A stretch of DNA of 64,000 nt, taken from NCBI RefSeq assembly GCF_001194135.2, contig NC_068983.1:37867532-37931531 (forward strand), written 5' to 3'. The position numbers were made by a program, and so were the translations under genes. Positions within the stretch are counted from its first letter, which is position 1. Each line of letters starts with the position of its first letter. Origin of the DNA: Octopus bimaculoides. Its lineage: Eukaryota. Below are positions 10,946-22,664 of this stretch, in pieces. The notes under the pieces were generated by a model, which was not told the origin of the DNA, did not search any database, and saw only the letters and a list, made by a program, of their open reading frames with translations.

Positions 10946-12266
10946 ATGGCAAGTGGTAGTGTCTCCAGTATGGAGAGCTACGCCAAGGCCACTGCGGTGA
11001 GGAAGCCAGTGCCGCTGGAAACCAAGTTAATCANNNNNNNNNNNNNNNNNNNNNNNNNNNNNNNNNNNNNNNNNNNNNNNNNNNNNNNNNNNNNNNNNNN
11101 NNNNNNNNNNNNNNNNNNNNNNNNNNNNNNNNNNNNNNNNNNNNNNNNNNNNNNNNNNNNNNNNNNNNNNNNNNNNNNNNNNNNNNNNNNNNNNNNNNNN
11201 NNNNNNNNNNNNNNNNNNNNNNNNNNNNNNNNNNNNNNNNNNNNNNNNNNNNNNNNNNNNNNNNNNNNNNNNNNNNNNNNNNNNNNNNNNNNNNNNNNNN
11301 NNNNNNNNNNNNNNNNNNNNNNNNNNNNNNNNNNNNNNNNNNNNNNNNNNNNNNNNNNNNTGAGGTTCGCCACTATAGAAGAGGCAACCAAGCATGCAAC
11401 CAACATACTAAGAAGTGAGAAAATAGCATTGCTACCAAGCTATAGAGGAAGAAGTGTGAAAATACGAATTCCCAGAGTTACACCAGATATTAAACCAGAG
11501 TGGTTGGTTGCAACAGTGCTGGCTGCAACCAAGGAGGAGCCGGAATTGGGACCAGTGGCGAAAACAAAAGTGTGCAAATGGTGGGGATTTGGACTCGAAA
11601 TGTGGCTTTTTGCCACATTCGAGGACAGAATTCCCTACCAGATAGAAGTGGAGGACGAGAAAACGTTAAATGTCGTAGTCGAGGGAAGAAAACCAAATTG
11701 TTATATATGCGGGGCGAGAGTTCATATGAAGACCAAATGCCCTCTATATGAGTTCACACAGCAAGAGAAAGCACAAGCAGAGGAGGAAAACATTGTAGAC
11801 CACACTGAGGAAATAAAAAGAGAGACAGAAGTGTGAAACAGAGAAGACAAAAGAGAAGAACGAAAATGGAGCTACTAACCCTAAACAGCGAAGGAAAAAT
11901 AAGTCAAAGGAACGGTCAACAGAAAACAAAAAAGTGATAAAAAGGCCAGAAACTAATAATGTACAAGAAGAGGAGGAGAGAACGGATAAAGATCTGAAAT
12001 ACAAGGGGCTTTTAATAAAGTACGAAAATTGCGAGCAGATGGAGAGAAAAGTCGAGAGGTTAGAAGAAATAATAAGAGTGAAAATGCCTGAGAAATGTAC
12101 TGAAAAATGCGTTTTGATACGTGAGGAAAGATGCTTCGAGTGCATAAAAGAACTTGGTGAAAATATAAAAACGAAACGGATATGGTTGGTGGAGACACCA
12201 CCCCCTAGAACTGATTATTTGCAGTTGTTAAGGACGGACGTAACAATGATTAATGGAAGAAAGTAA
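10946..12266 (+). pseudogene. LINE ORF1 (L1/Tx1-like gag-type protein with CCHC zinc knuckle), one frameshift near 11815-11836
   Basis: ORF 10946-11836 (with an N-gap) contains VKIRIPRVTPDIKPEWLV and VVVEGRKPNCYICGARVHMKTKC (CX2CX4HX4C). A K/E-rich reading frame continues in the +1 frame to 12266. Confidence 0.7.
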
Positions 12267-12621
12267 CGCGAGTGTTTGGATTTTTTGAGTTACAAAACCG
12301 TTAAAATGTTTACATGACGTTGAACGTAAAAGTGAAAAACTGGATAAATGTAACCACCCGACTTCGGGGATCGAGTGGACATTGTGCCTCATTTTTTTCA
12401 TTCTTTCATATTATCATTTTATTTTAATTACCTCGATTTTNNNNNNNNNNNNNNNNNNNNNNNNNNNNNNNNNNNNNNNNNNNNNNNNNNNNNNNNNNNN
12501 NNNNNNNNNNNNNNNNNNNNNNNNNNNNNNNNNNNNNNNNNNNNNNNNNNNNNNNNNNNNNNNNNNNNNNNNNNNNNNNNNNNNNNNNNNNNNNNNNNNN
12601 NNNNNNNNNNNNNNNNNNNNN

Positions 12622-12790
12622 GTTCTGAGTTCAAATTTCGCTCAGGTCGACTTTGCCTTTCATCCTTTCGGGGTCGATTAAATAAGTACCAGTTACGCAC
12701 TGGGGTCGATGTAATCGCCTTAATCCCTTTGCCTGTCCTTGTTTGTCCCCTCTATGTTTAGCTCCTTGCGGGCAATAGAGAAATAATTAT
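12622..12790 (+). mobile_element. SINE-B 3' part (tail type 1)
   Basis: Ends TTAATCCCTTTGCCTGTCCTTGTTTGTCCCCTCTATGTTTAG...GCAATAGAGAAATA. Confidence 0.75.
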
Positions 12791-12794
12791 TTTA

Positions 12795-13010
12795 AGGCGG
12801 CGAGCTGGCAGAAACGTTAGCACTCCAGGCGAAATGCTTAGCGGTATTTCGTCTGTCTTTACGTTCTGAGTTCAAATTCTGCCGAGGTCGACTGTGCTTT
12901 TCATCCTTTCGGGGTCGATAAATTAAGTACCAGTTGCCTACTGAGTCGATCTAACCGACTGGCCCCCTTCCCCAAAATTTCGGGCCTTGTGCCTAGAGTA
13001 GAAAAGAATA
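12795..13010 (+). mobile_element. SINE-B full length (tail type 2)
   Basis: Runs from AAGGCGGCGAGCTGGCAGAAACG to CCTAGAGTAGAAAAGAATA. CpGs are largely intact. Confidence 0.8.
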
Positions 13011-13186
13011 TTCAAGTTTTGCTGCTTTACGCTCTGAGTTTGAATTCCGCTTTGGATCACAACAAAAAATATAGAGAAGTAGATTCAGTTAATATTCTTT
13101 CTAGTCAATGAGACTAACAGATAATTTAAAGATATTCAAACCTGGCATGAAAAACAGAAGTCCCGACTTCAAATCATGTGTGTGTG

Positions 13187-13939
13187 TTGGGTGGAGTAGA
13201 GAGGACGGACGTTTTTGAAAAATTCACAAAATCATTAATTGTAGCTACAAACAAATTTTATTGACATCAATGTGTTCGTATCGAGAATTAGCATTTGTCA
13301 AAATCAAGTGTGCAAAACAACATCCATCATGTAGTGTCCGTTTTCATTGATGCATATCTGAAGGCGTTCTTGGAAGTTGACCTCCACTCTCTCCAGCACT
13401 GCTCTGTGCATAGTCCCATGGTTTTAACTGTTGCCCAATGATCAATTTGTACGGGTGGAAATGCAGGTCTTCATGCAAAACACGCCTTACTGATCGATTA
13501 CCGATGCCATGTTCAGTGGAATGCTTCCGAGCAGAGCGATTCGGACATCGTATCAAAGCTTATCTGACGCGCTTCACATTTTCCGGAGTCCGCACCGTTC
13601 GTGATGTCCCCATCGCTTTCCTATTCATTAGTGTACCTCGTGTACGAAGTGCATTCACCCAACATAAGATTGTGTTATGGGAGGGAACAGCCTAATTTCG
13701 ATGAATATTGAAGTGACGCCGAAACTCATGCTGAACTGCTGTGACAGACTCGTTGTTCTTCACGTAACAGTCGTAGGCAAACATGCGATGCTCTATTGTC
13801 CACAGTGCCATGGCTTCACCTGAAAAGAAAAAAATGTTAAAACACCACGGACCGAATTGTACCTGTCGGACATATGTCCCTCCACCTGGGGCTGAGCAAT
13901 AGCCATTTCAAAATCATTCGTCCTCTCTGCCCCACCCTG
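13187..13939 (-). mobile_element. Internally deleted Tc1/mariner element with a decayed transposase N-terminus
   Basis: Imperfect TIRs GGGTGG...AGAGAGGACG...TTTTGAAA at both ends and a TA at 13940. From ATG 13811 the frame reads MALWTIEHRMFAYDCYVKNNESVTAVQHEFRRHF...RTVRTPENV...RSARKH...LHEDLHFHPYK, with two in-frame stops. Confidence 0.8.
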
Positions 13940-14011
13940 TATATGGGTTTCGGGATCAAGTAAAACACGATTATTCCTGTAAGTGTCGTTACCTATAAGT
14001 AAATAAATATT

Positions 14012-14244
14012 TATTTCATTATTGCCCACAGAGGGCTAAACATAGAGCGAACAAACAAGGACAGACAAAGGGATTAAGTCGATTACATCGATCCCAGTGC
14101 GTAACTGGTACTTATTTAATTGACCCCGAAAAGGATGAAAGGCAAAGTCGACCTCGGCGGAATTTGAACTCAGAACGTAACGGCAGACGAAATACCGCTA
14201 AGCATTTCGCCCGGCGTGCTAACGATTCTGCCAGCTCGCCGCCC
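14012..14244 (-). mobile_element. SINE-B full length (tail type 1) with 16-bp TSD
   Basis: TSD TAAGTAAATAAATATT at 13996-14011 and 14245-14260. Near-consensus and CpG-rich. Confidence 0.85.
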
Positions 14245-14327
14245 TAAGTAAATAAATATTGTCACTCTACTGTATGTTATTGAGTACTTAACTTTAAATT
14301 GTGGGTCTCCGTTTTATGAAACGGATA

Positions 14328-15408
14328 TCTTATACATAAATGGCAATTTCTGTCTGTCGCTGTCTGTTAGCATCTTACTGCCCACAACAGTGAACCAATC
14401 TTGACGAAACTTTGCATACATGTTAAACTAACATTCAGTTCAATTATAGGCCAATTGGATTTCAATGAAAAGTCTATAATGGGCCTCAAGGTGGAGGGGG
14501 CTATTATTTGATAAAATGAGAAGGGTGCAAAGAGTGTTAGTGTAAGGGAAATGTGGCATAGTGTGGCTGATATTACGGAGAGGAAGATGGAGTAGCAGTG
14601 AGATAGTAACATTAATACAGCTGTTATAAGTAACTTTTAAAACGGCGAGGAAGGGAACGAAAGGTGGGTGTGAGGAATATGTAGCTTTAAGGAGAGAGGG
14701 AGTAGGTGGCTTTTCTGTTGTCCATCGCAAACAAACACTCACACACAAACATATATATATATACATACATATGTCTACTGTACACCATTTTAAACTCATG
14801 ATTACCTGTGTGTACGTTTGTAAATGTTCATGTATGTATGTGTCACGTCCTATAACTGTCTATCTCTACTTTTATAGGGTCTTCTCCGTTGCTGTTACAT
14901 ACTGTGAAATTTTAAAATTACATCAAAATTTTCAAATTTGGTATATTGAAATAATTTTCTATGTTAAATCCGATTTTGTTATTTATTTGTTCCAGAAAAA
15001 TTGAGATTTAAAGTTTAATCAATTTTACCTAATCAGAAAACAGGATTTGGAAGCTGGAATTTTCTGCATGATAGCTCTCTATCAAAAAATGAAAGCAAAA
15101 TCATTACGAAGAGGTATTTTTATTAAACAAACGAAGGCAAATCATTACAACGACGAAAGTTGTAATAACTTCTGAAGTTTCAGTACGTTATAATGAATAA
15201 AGTCATGTGAAGTACTCGAGCAGACATAAATAATTAAAAAAGGAAAAAAAAAATCCTCATCGAAGTTTTTTGTGAAAAATTGCACAAATCTGTCCTGATC
15301 AAGAGGCCGATCTGTCGGGGAAGGCATGGTCTGACGTGGATTAAACAAAAATTTATATAAGACATTCTATTGTAAAAATTGCTCAGCAACAACGGGATAT
15401 TCAGCTGG
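14328..15408 (+). mobile_element. Probable non-autonomous Helitron
   Basis: Starts A|TCTTATACATAAATGGCAATTTCTGTCTGTC...GAACCAATCTTGACGAAACTTT. Ends with a decayed GCAAC..CGGG hairpin-type motif and CTGG|T (CTRR). Contains an internal CA/TA microsatellite. Confidence 0.45.
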
Positions 15409-15519
15409 TGTGTGTGTGTGTGTATACACACACACACACACACACACAGGTGTGTACAAAAGAAGGAATACAGTATCACATCAATGCTATAAAAATGCAT
15501 TAAAATTATTAGCACATTA

Positions 15520-15865
15520 GGATCTTTTTTAAAACGGGGGCCACATTTTTCATTAATGTTTTACGTAGTGTTTTTGGTACCGAAAGACTTTCAAACTTCG
15601 TATACTTATCTATTTTGTGTTATAGAACAGAAAAATATTTTTGTATTCGAATTTATTTCATGTAAAAAATTGTCTTATTTCGATAATTTCAACCAATCAC
15701 TGACAAGTATTCAGTTGTTTATATTTACTCCTTTGGCTGATTAAGCGATGTAAAGCGTATTTAATCTCCATACCTTCGTTTTATTTGCTTTTTTCTTTTT
15801 AAATTTGCTTTAACCTTAACCCCGGGGTTAGGGTTAATTGTTTCAGAATCGTTTGTTTATGTAGT
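15520..15865. mobile_element. GGATC-terminated MITE, telomeric-hairpin subfamily, truncated by a gap
   Basis: Nearly identical to 38063-38420. Contains TTAACCTTAACCCCGGGGTTAGGGTTAA at 15810-15837. Confidence 0.8.
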
Positions 15866-16431
15866 NNNNNNNNNNNNNNNNNNNNNNNNNNNNNNNNNNN
15901 NNNNNNNNNNNNNNNNNNNNNNNNNNNNNNNNNNNNNNNNNNNNNNNNNNNNNNNNNNNNNNNNNNNNNNNNNNNNNNNNNNNNNNNNNNNNNNNNNNNN
16001 NNNNNNNNNNNNNNNNNNNNNNNNNNNNNNNNNNNNNNNNNNNNNNNNNNNNNNNNNNNNNNNNNNNNNNNNNNNNNNNNNNNNNNNNNNNNNNNNNNNN
16101 NNNNNNNNNNNNNNNNNNNNNNNNNNNNNNNNNNNNNNNNNNNNNNNNNNNNNNNNNNNNNNNNNNNNNNNNNNNNNNNNNNNNNNNNNNNNNNNNNNNN
16201 NNNNNNNNNNNNNNNNNNNNNNNNNNNNNNNNNNNNNNNNNNNNNNNNNNNNNNNNNNNNNNNNNNNNNNNNNAAAATCTGTTCCCGAATCCAGTTGCTT
16301 TGGTCTGAATGTATGTTTTAACATCTCCCAGAGGCATTAAGGTAAATAAATCAATCCCGGGTACCCTCCAAGCACCTTTTTTTTTCTTTTAAATTATTTT
16401 TGCATGAATGGAAATTCAGTGATAAGATTAC

Positions 16432-16468
<37 letters not shown>

Positions 16469-16877
16469 TATGCGCGCGCGCGCGCGTTGGTGGGTATTGA
16501 GCTGATGTTAAGTATACCACACTCCAGTGCTTTTGTTGAGGATATGTTAGGCATAGCAATGTGGTTTAAAGCTTGCTTCCCAACCACATAGCTTCGCGTT
16601 CAGCTCCAGTGCGTGGCGCGTTGCACAAGTGTCTCCTACTAAAGTCCCAGGTCTTGTGACCCGGAATCGATTTGGTAGGCAGAAACGCACATACGTATAT
16701 ATATAATGTATGTATACACACGCACACACAAATGAGAATAAAGAAGGAAATGGAGAAATTGACGTATGGACATCAGTTTATTCAAAGATATTCCAATTAA
16801 TATAAAATGAAATTGTTATCCCTACAGCTGTTTCCACACCCAGTTCAAATATACATACATACATACACACACGTGTG

Positions 16878-17115
16878 TGTGTTGACATCGCGTGATGATT
16901 GTAACCGAGCGCCACCATCATACAAGTCATATCGTTAGTTTTTTTACCTTTCGTGATAAAAAAAAATGTCTGGCCATGGGGCAATATTACCTTGTTTGGA
17001 AACAGGTGAAGGTTGACAGTAGGAAGGGCATCTGACCGTAAAAAATGTCTCAACGAATTCCACCCGGCCCATGCAAGCACGGAAAAGCGAACGTTAAAAC
17101 GACGACGATGATGGT
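16878..17115 (+). mobile_element. Repeat sharing the RTE-type 3' end (variant D2)
   Basis: AGGAAGGGCATC...CATGCAAGCACGGAAAAGCGAACGTTAAAAC with a (GAC/GAT)n tail. CpG-decayed relatives at 34905-35140 (-), 49385-49515 and 56640-56905. Confidence 0.55.
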
Positions 17116-17905
17116 TCTTCAGTGCACTGTTAGAAATATAAAAAGTAGAATAGATTTATGTAAGATTTCGATGTAAATGATATTAAGTAGGAGCAGATGT
17201 AATCTCATTCGTTTCATGCTCTAAAACTGAGGATTAAATCGTTGGTACTTAAATGCAGTTTGATTGGCCGAGTGAGTGAGTGATTGATTGATTGATTGCG
17301 AGTGTTTCATTGACTGACTTGAAAAGCTATAAACCGATCAGGTAACTCACCGTATACATATGGTGAGTATTGTTAATCTATTGAGTTAACGAAGCATGAA
17401 GTTGAAAATAACGGCGTGCAAAATGGATGAAATGAAAGTAATAATGATTTATGCATGGTGAATCTTGCAGTGACTGACTGGGAAGACGCTTATCGGCGAG
17501 CGAATAAACCAGAATAAATTACATACATTTGTTGATGTTTAACCAACACCTTGATGTAGGAATCCTATCATTATAAGCATTCCATCCATGGCCATAACGT
17601 CTTTTCCCCTCTGCATTATTCAATGTAGCTTTCCATTTTCATAAAGATAGAGCATGTGAGTCGAGGGAGATTTGGTTGCTATTTCTAGAGGGTCGAGTGA
17701 CCAAGTAGGATTTCTTGATTTGCAGGGAGAATAGACGATGGCATAAAAGATAGCTAAATTACGTGGGTAGAATCCATGGAAAGAAATAATACACAGAAAA
17801 GTGTGGGTGGTCTTTACGATGTTGATTACAGTTCCAGTTCGATGAGAAAACATTTACTTGTCGTTAATATCTCAACCATATTTTTGTATGTACGTCACAT
17901 TGTGA

Positions 17906-18190
17906 AGGCGCGTGGCCCAGTGGTTAGGCATGTTGCACTCACGATCTCATAATCGTGGTTTCGATTCCCAGGCCGGTTGAGCAAAACACTTCATTTCATA
18001 TTGCTCCAGTCCACTCAGCTATAAGTGGTTTACCCTGCTACGGACTGGCCTTCCGATCAAGAGTAGTGCTGGCTTACTTACCCAACCAGCGGGGTGGCTT
18101 CATTCAAAAGCTAAAACGATGCAAAGCGCAATGTGATCAGCGATTTATAATAACGTCCGATAGTCTGTTTGATCACGTGATAAGTTACAT
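17906..18190 (+). mobile_element. tRNA-derived SINE family G
   Basis: GGCGCGTGGCCCAGTGGTTAGG...GGTTTCGATTCCC head, then GAGCAAAACACTTCATTTCA-TTGCTCCAGTCCACTCAGCT. Relatives at 34495-34745 and 25290-25520 (-). Confidence 0.7.
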
Positions 18191-19056
18191 TACTATTTGG
18201 TTTTAACTGAATAAAAAACTGGCGTGCGACTTATACATTAGGTAAAGTTGAAACTACGAAAGGCAAAAAATTTGTACCAAAATTTAACCCTAAATTAAAC
18301 GTGTTATATATATATATATATATATAGTGGTGGTGGTGGTGATAAGAAGGAGGTGCAAAATGGACAGAATTTTCCAAACGTCAGATAATAACTTGTGGTC
18401 TATCGTAACGGATCTGAACTGTGGGTGTTCAAAAGTCGCTGAGGTTAACTTTATCTCTCACGTTTCTGTGTTCGCCAAAATGTATGGCTTTATATATAAC
18501 TGTCTTACATTATTGCGCCACCATAGAATATTTTTAATAGTTTAGTTAGAGGAAGGAAATATACCAATGAAACCTTTTGCAGGGAATTCGGAATTGGTGG
18601 GAGAGAATGAAGGAAGTTGTCTTCAGACCTGAGCTGAATGATTTGGTCAAATTTATGTTAGTGGGAAAGGATCAACTAAATTACCTGCTCTTAGTAAGTG
18701 TACCCTTAACATAATTTTCAAGAAGAATTGCCGTTATAGTGTGTGACATGGTTCCCTAAAAGGGTCCATATGAGCTAGAATGACATTTGTCCAAGTTGCC
18801 ACGCAATGCTATCGAACCTGGGTCCCAGTAGTTGTGAAGCGAATTTCTTAACCATTCAGCTGTACTGCTTGTAATAATGGATAAGAAACTCCTATTTTCC
18901 TTACCGCTGGAATTAATAAGGCTGATCAAATAGTTCGCTCTATCACTTTATGAGTATGGTGGTTGGCAGAACGGTTAGAGTGTCGAACAAACTGCTTGAC
19001 AGCATTTGCTCTGCATCTTTATGGTCTGAGTTCAAATCGAGTCGAGGTTACCAGTC

Positions 19057-19180
19057 CATATCAACATGAGATGGGCTTGCGTAGTACCCCTGAAACCTGA
19101 AACAGAGTTGCTTCTGTTCGATCATCGGAAGTAAACTAAGATCTAACCGCAACCTCAGTGATCAGAGGGTAACTGCGCTA
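19057..19180 (+). pseudogene. Old 5S rRNA-like fragment
   Basis: CCATATCA...TGAAAC...GTTCGATCATCGGAAGTAAACTAAGATC...GAGGGTAACTGC is loosely colinear with 5S rRNA. It follows a SINE-B head at 18955-19052. Confidence 0.35.
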
Positions 19181-20223
19181 CTAAGTCTAATGGTCCCAAC
19201 CAGTATATGCATCAATATTTGCATATATCCTAGAAAAACTGAAACCATTTCAAGAGTTGGAGATCAGGCGCAGTAGTGTAGTCTCAGATTGTGTGCCGTC
19301 ATTAAGTTTCCTCCCACCAGGGCGTCACATCCCTACGTTTTAAACACTTTTATTTCAATACAGGCTTTTACAGCACACCCCAAAATGCCCGCTTCCATAA
19401 AAACATTGCCCAGGGCGGACAGCTCCCTCGCCCCACCCCCATCTAACGCTACCGATTGGAAGCCCAAGTTCGAAAGTTGTGGAGAGAAATGGTTGATTTA
19501 ACTTCGATTCTTCGATGAAAGCACATCTATTTTTTGTTTGCAATTCAATCATATTCCAAACAGTTTTTAGGATGGTGAAGTAACAGAGATTTGTTTGAAC
19601 GTTGGACATGTCTTGCAATATTTAATAACGATCATTCATGTTTTTATTAATCGAATTAGTGAGTGTATGGGAACACATTTATTCTTATAAATCATTAATA
19701 AATCTTTAGCGTATTGGTACAGGACACGAAAATGTATGATAAAAGTAAGTTGATTGATAATGGAATTGAACCAGTATAGTACTAATGTTTATCGAACAAT
19801 GTAGTAGTAACATTAAAAGAGATGGGTGAGTGCAATAGCGTTACTAATAGGGGATCAAGGAAAGAAACTGCTTTTCCCGAGCAATTTTTCGAAATTGGTG
19901 CCATTTCAACAATTTAAAAAAACTCTTTAGCTACTTATATCAGTAGTTGTACGTTCCATATTTAATAACATTGTTACTGAAACATGAAATTAATGAATAT
20001 AGAGTACAATTACATATATTATAGCTAATGAAATATTTCGCGTAATATAAGAGAAATTGGTTAAAAATTGTTTGGTATGGGTCACGGCGCTTTTCTTATT
20101 TGTTTGCTATCCCAAACTTTCGAACCCGACTACGTCCCTGGGTGAGGGTGGGGCTCAGGTAATTTACTTCATGGCAAAAATCTCGTTCACTTTTTTTTTT
20201 TGAGTATCACTCGAAGCTAACTG

Positions 20224-20700
20224 TCAGAGTAGAGAGTGAAGCCTCGCACTCAAGTAAATGTTTGGAAATGTAGACGAGAGAGTTGACGAGTGCACACACA
20301 GTAAGTACTGTGAAGACGATATAGTAAAGCTCCTACAACATATGTTCGAATCCGCGTCGGTCAATTTTCCGTCATTCACTCCTCGTATGATCCAGATGTA
20401 CTCAATAATTTGGAGAAGCATGAGCTCTATCATACTATTCTGATCTTTTAATCTGTAACATCAATATGAAGCTTTCTCGGTTGATCCAACGGCACATTAA
20501 AGATTAAGGAGCGTTATATTTCCATGTCACCTCCTTTAACTGATAGCGTTATCCGAGTGATTAAGATTTAAAAATAAATATACCTATAATCTAGATGAAG
20601 TGGGAGGACAGAAACTGCTCCTTCGCCTCGAATTATTTCCCAAACGATTACATTTAAGCCATCTTTTTATCTTTTCGCTGTCTTTCTCTCTAAGATTGCT
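20224..20700 (-). pseudogene. Possible highly decayed Tc1 transposase remnant
   Basis: Fragments LNVIVWEIIRGEG and LQIIEYIWIIRGVNDGK weakly resemble the Tc1 VMVWG and DLNPIENLW motifs. Confidence 0.25.
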
Positions 20701-21550
20701 TTGGGCTGTGATTGTGAATGAGGCGTGTATAGGGGGAAGAAAGAGTTAGTCATATATTTTTGTCGTTTAAAGCATTGCTCGGGGCGAAAACTAACTTCTT
20801 TTGCTTTGCTTTTGTTTTGTTTTCTGAATTTTTTTTCATATCGTTATCTTCATCACCACCGCCATCGTCATTGTCATCATCATCATTGTCGTCTTGGGTC
20901 ATCAACATCGTCGTCATCATCACTATCACCGTCGTATTGTCGTCATTATTGTCCCCATCTCCACCACCATAATGAATCTTAATATTGTCTCCTGATCCAT
21001 CTCCCTTCCTTAAGTGCACATCGCTTAGGAATAATTTCCTTCAAACGTCCGTCGGATTTTTGCCAGATGTTCTTACTTTCTCTGTCGTTAATGGCAGTTA
21101 TCTTTAATTTTCTGCAGATCTTTTTTGATTATTTAAAATCAGGACTGAAACATTTCGCCACTGCCGCTCCAAATACATTTTTTTTTTTTGTCTCTCGAGA
21201 ATGGAGACGTTTTAAGAAGCTTTGTATGTATGTCAAACATTGAATGATCTATTTGTTTCTCACATGACTGCCATACCAGTGCATCGGCCGTTTCTGAATT
21301 AATTTCTGAAATGACTTCAGGGATTATGCGTTTAGAATTTATAAAATTATTGCTTGAAATTGGAAAAATAATAATAATAAAAAAATAAATAAAGAACCAA
21401 AATCTTTTTCACGATCGACATCGTCATCATGAGTATTATCATCACCGCCGCGTCACCAGCATCACTATTCAGACATCTTCACTATCAATAATATCATTGT
21501 CATCAACACCGCTGCAATTATGTCTTTCAATCCGACCACCTCCTTCTTAT

Positions 21551-21667
21551 CACCACCACCACTATCACTATTACTACAAGCACAGCCACCGCCGCTGCCG
21601 CCGCCACCACCACCACCACTATCACTATTACTACAAGCACAGCCACCGCCGCTGCCGCCGCCACCAC
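21551..21667. repeat. Perfect 57-bp tandem duplication inside a CAC/CCG low-complexity tract
   Basis: CACCACCACCACTATCACTATTACTACAAGCACAGCCACCGCCGCTGCCGCCGCCAC occurs twice. Confidence 0.85.
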
Positions 21668-22060
21668 ATGCTGTCACCGCAAGTATTCAATGCGGGAGCG
21701 TTAAATGGTCGCTCGAAATAGCAGTCAAATATCTTTCAAATCACACGCTGTTTTAAAAAGTGAAAAGAGGAAGATCACATTAGATAATTGTAGTCTTAGA
21801 CAATCATGATAAAGAGGGGATGGGCATAGTTGGGATGCTTTTAAAGATAAGTCTGCTCGATCAGGCTCGACACATGAGACCCACCACCGTCACCACAGTA
21901 ATTATCTTCCTTACCACACCATCAGCAGCAGCATCACGACGACAACGTCCACCACCACTACTATCACAGTAATTACTATTTTCTCCACCGCCACCTTAAT
22001 CATCATTATCAGCAGCACACCCCCCCACCATCACCATCAACATTACCAATCCATATGCTA

Positions 22061-22142
22061 CCTGTCTCTGTCACTACTTCACTCACCTCCCTTCCTCCCT
22101 CTCGACTCTGTCACTACTTCACTCACCTCCCTTCCTCCCTCT
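22061..22142. repeat. About 40-bp tandem duplication
   Basis: CTCTGTCACTACTTCACTCACCTCCCTTCCTCCCTCTCG occurs twice. Confidence 0.85.
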
Positions 22143-22664
22143 CGTCTCTTTTGTTAGTTCTGGTCTTCCTTGTGTGATGCATATCATATACTGTAGTGAA
22201 ACATAATAACTAAAGAGGCCCTGTGTGGCTCGTGGGTGGGGGCGGGGTAAACTATGTGTGTGAGACTCCTTCCCCACTTCTACGTCACACCCTGCCTCTT
22301 AACTTTTATTTTCTTTGTTGTTGTTGTTGTTGTCACTGCTATTGTTAGCAATGTTTAATTTCCTTGTCTAACCTCTCTGGCTACCGCTTCGTCTTCGTCA
22401 CCCCCTCGTCGCTCCTCTTAGTCCCGATCTCACCCCACCCTCTTTCTTCTGGGGGTCCAACACTGTCACTATAGATATTATAGCCCTTCACCCCATCACA
22501 CCCACGTTAATACAAATGCGGGGGAGGGGAGGAAGAGGGAGAAAAGAGGATTACTTTTATCCCTATTTTCTTATTTCAAGGGAGCATCTTATTTTTCAAG
22601 AGTATCCATCCCTCCTGTATACACCCCCCACGCGCACTCCCACACGCACAAACGCACACACATC

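Noticed and set aside
17347-17372. ACTCACC...GGTGAGT hairpin (back-to-back splice donors)
   Set aside because: A 7-bp stem in isolation with no supporting exon; compatible with chance.
20725-21756. His/Pro/Gly/Ser-rich ORFs (also at 24053-24979, 37000-37240 and 61376-61771)
   Set aside because: Translations of trinucleotide low-complexity tracts, open on both strands, with no splice support.
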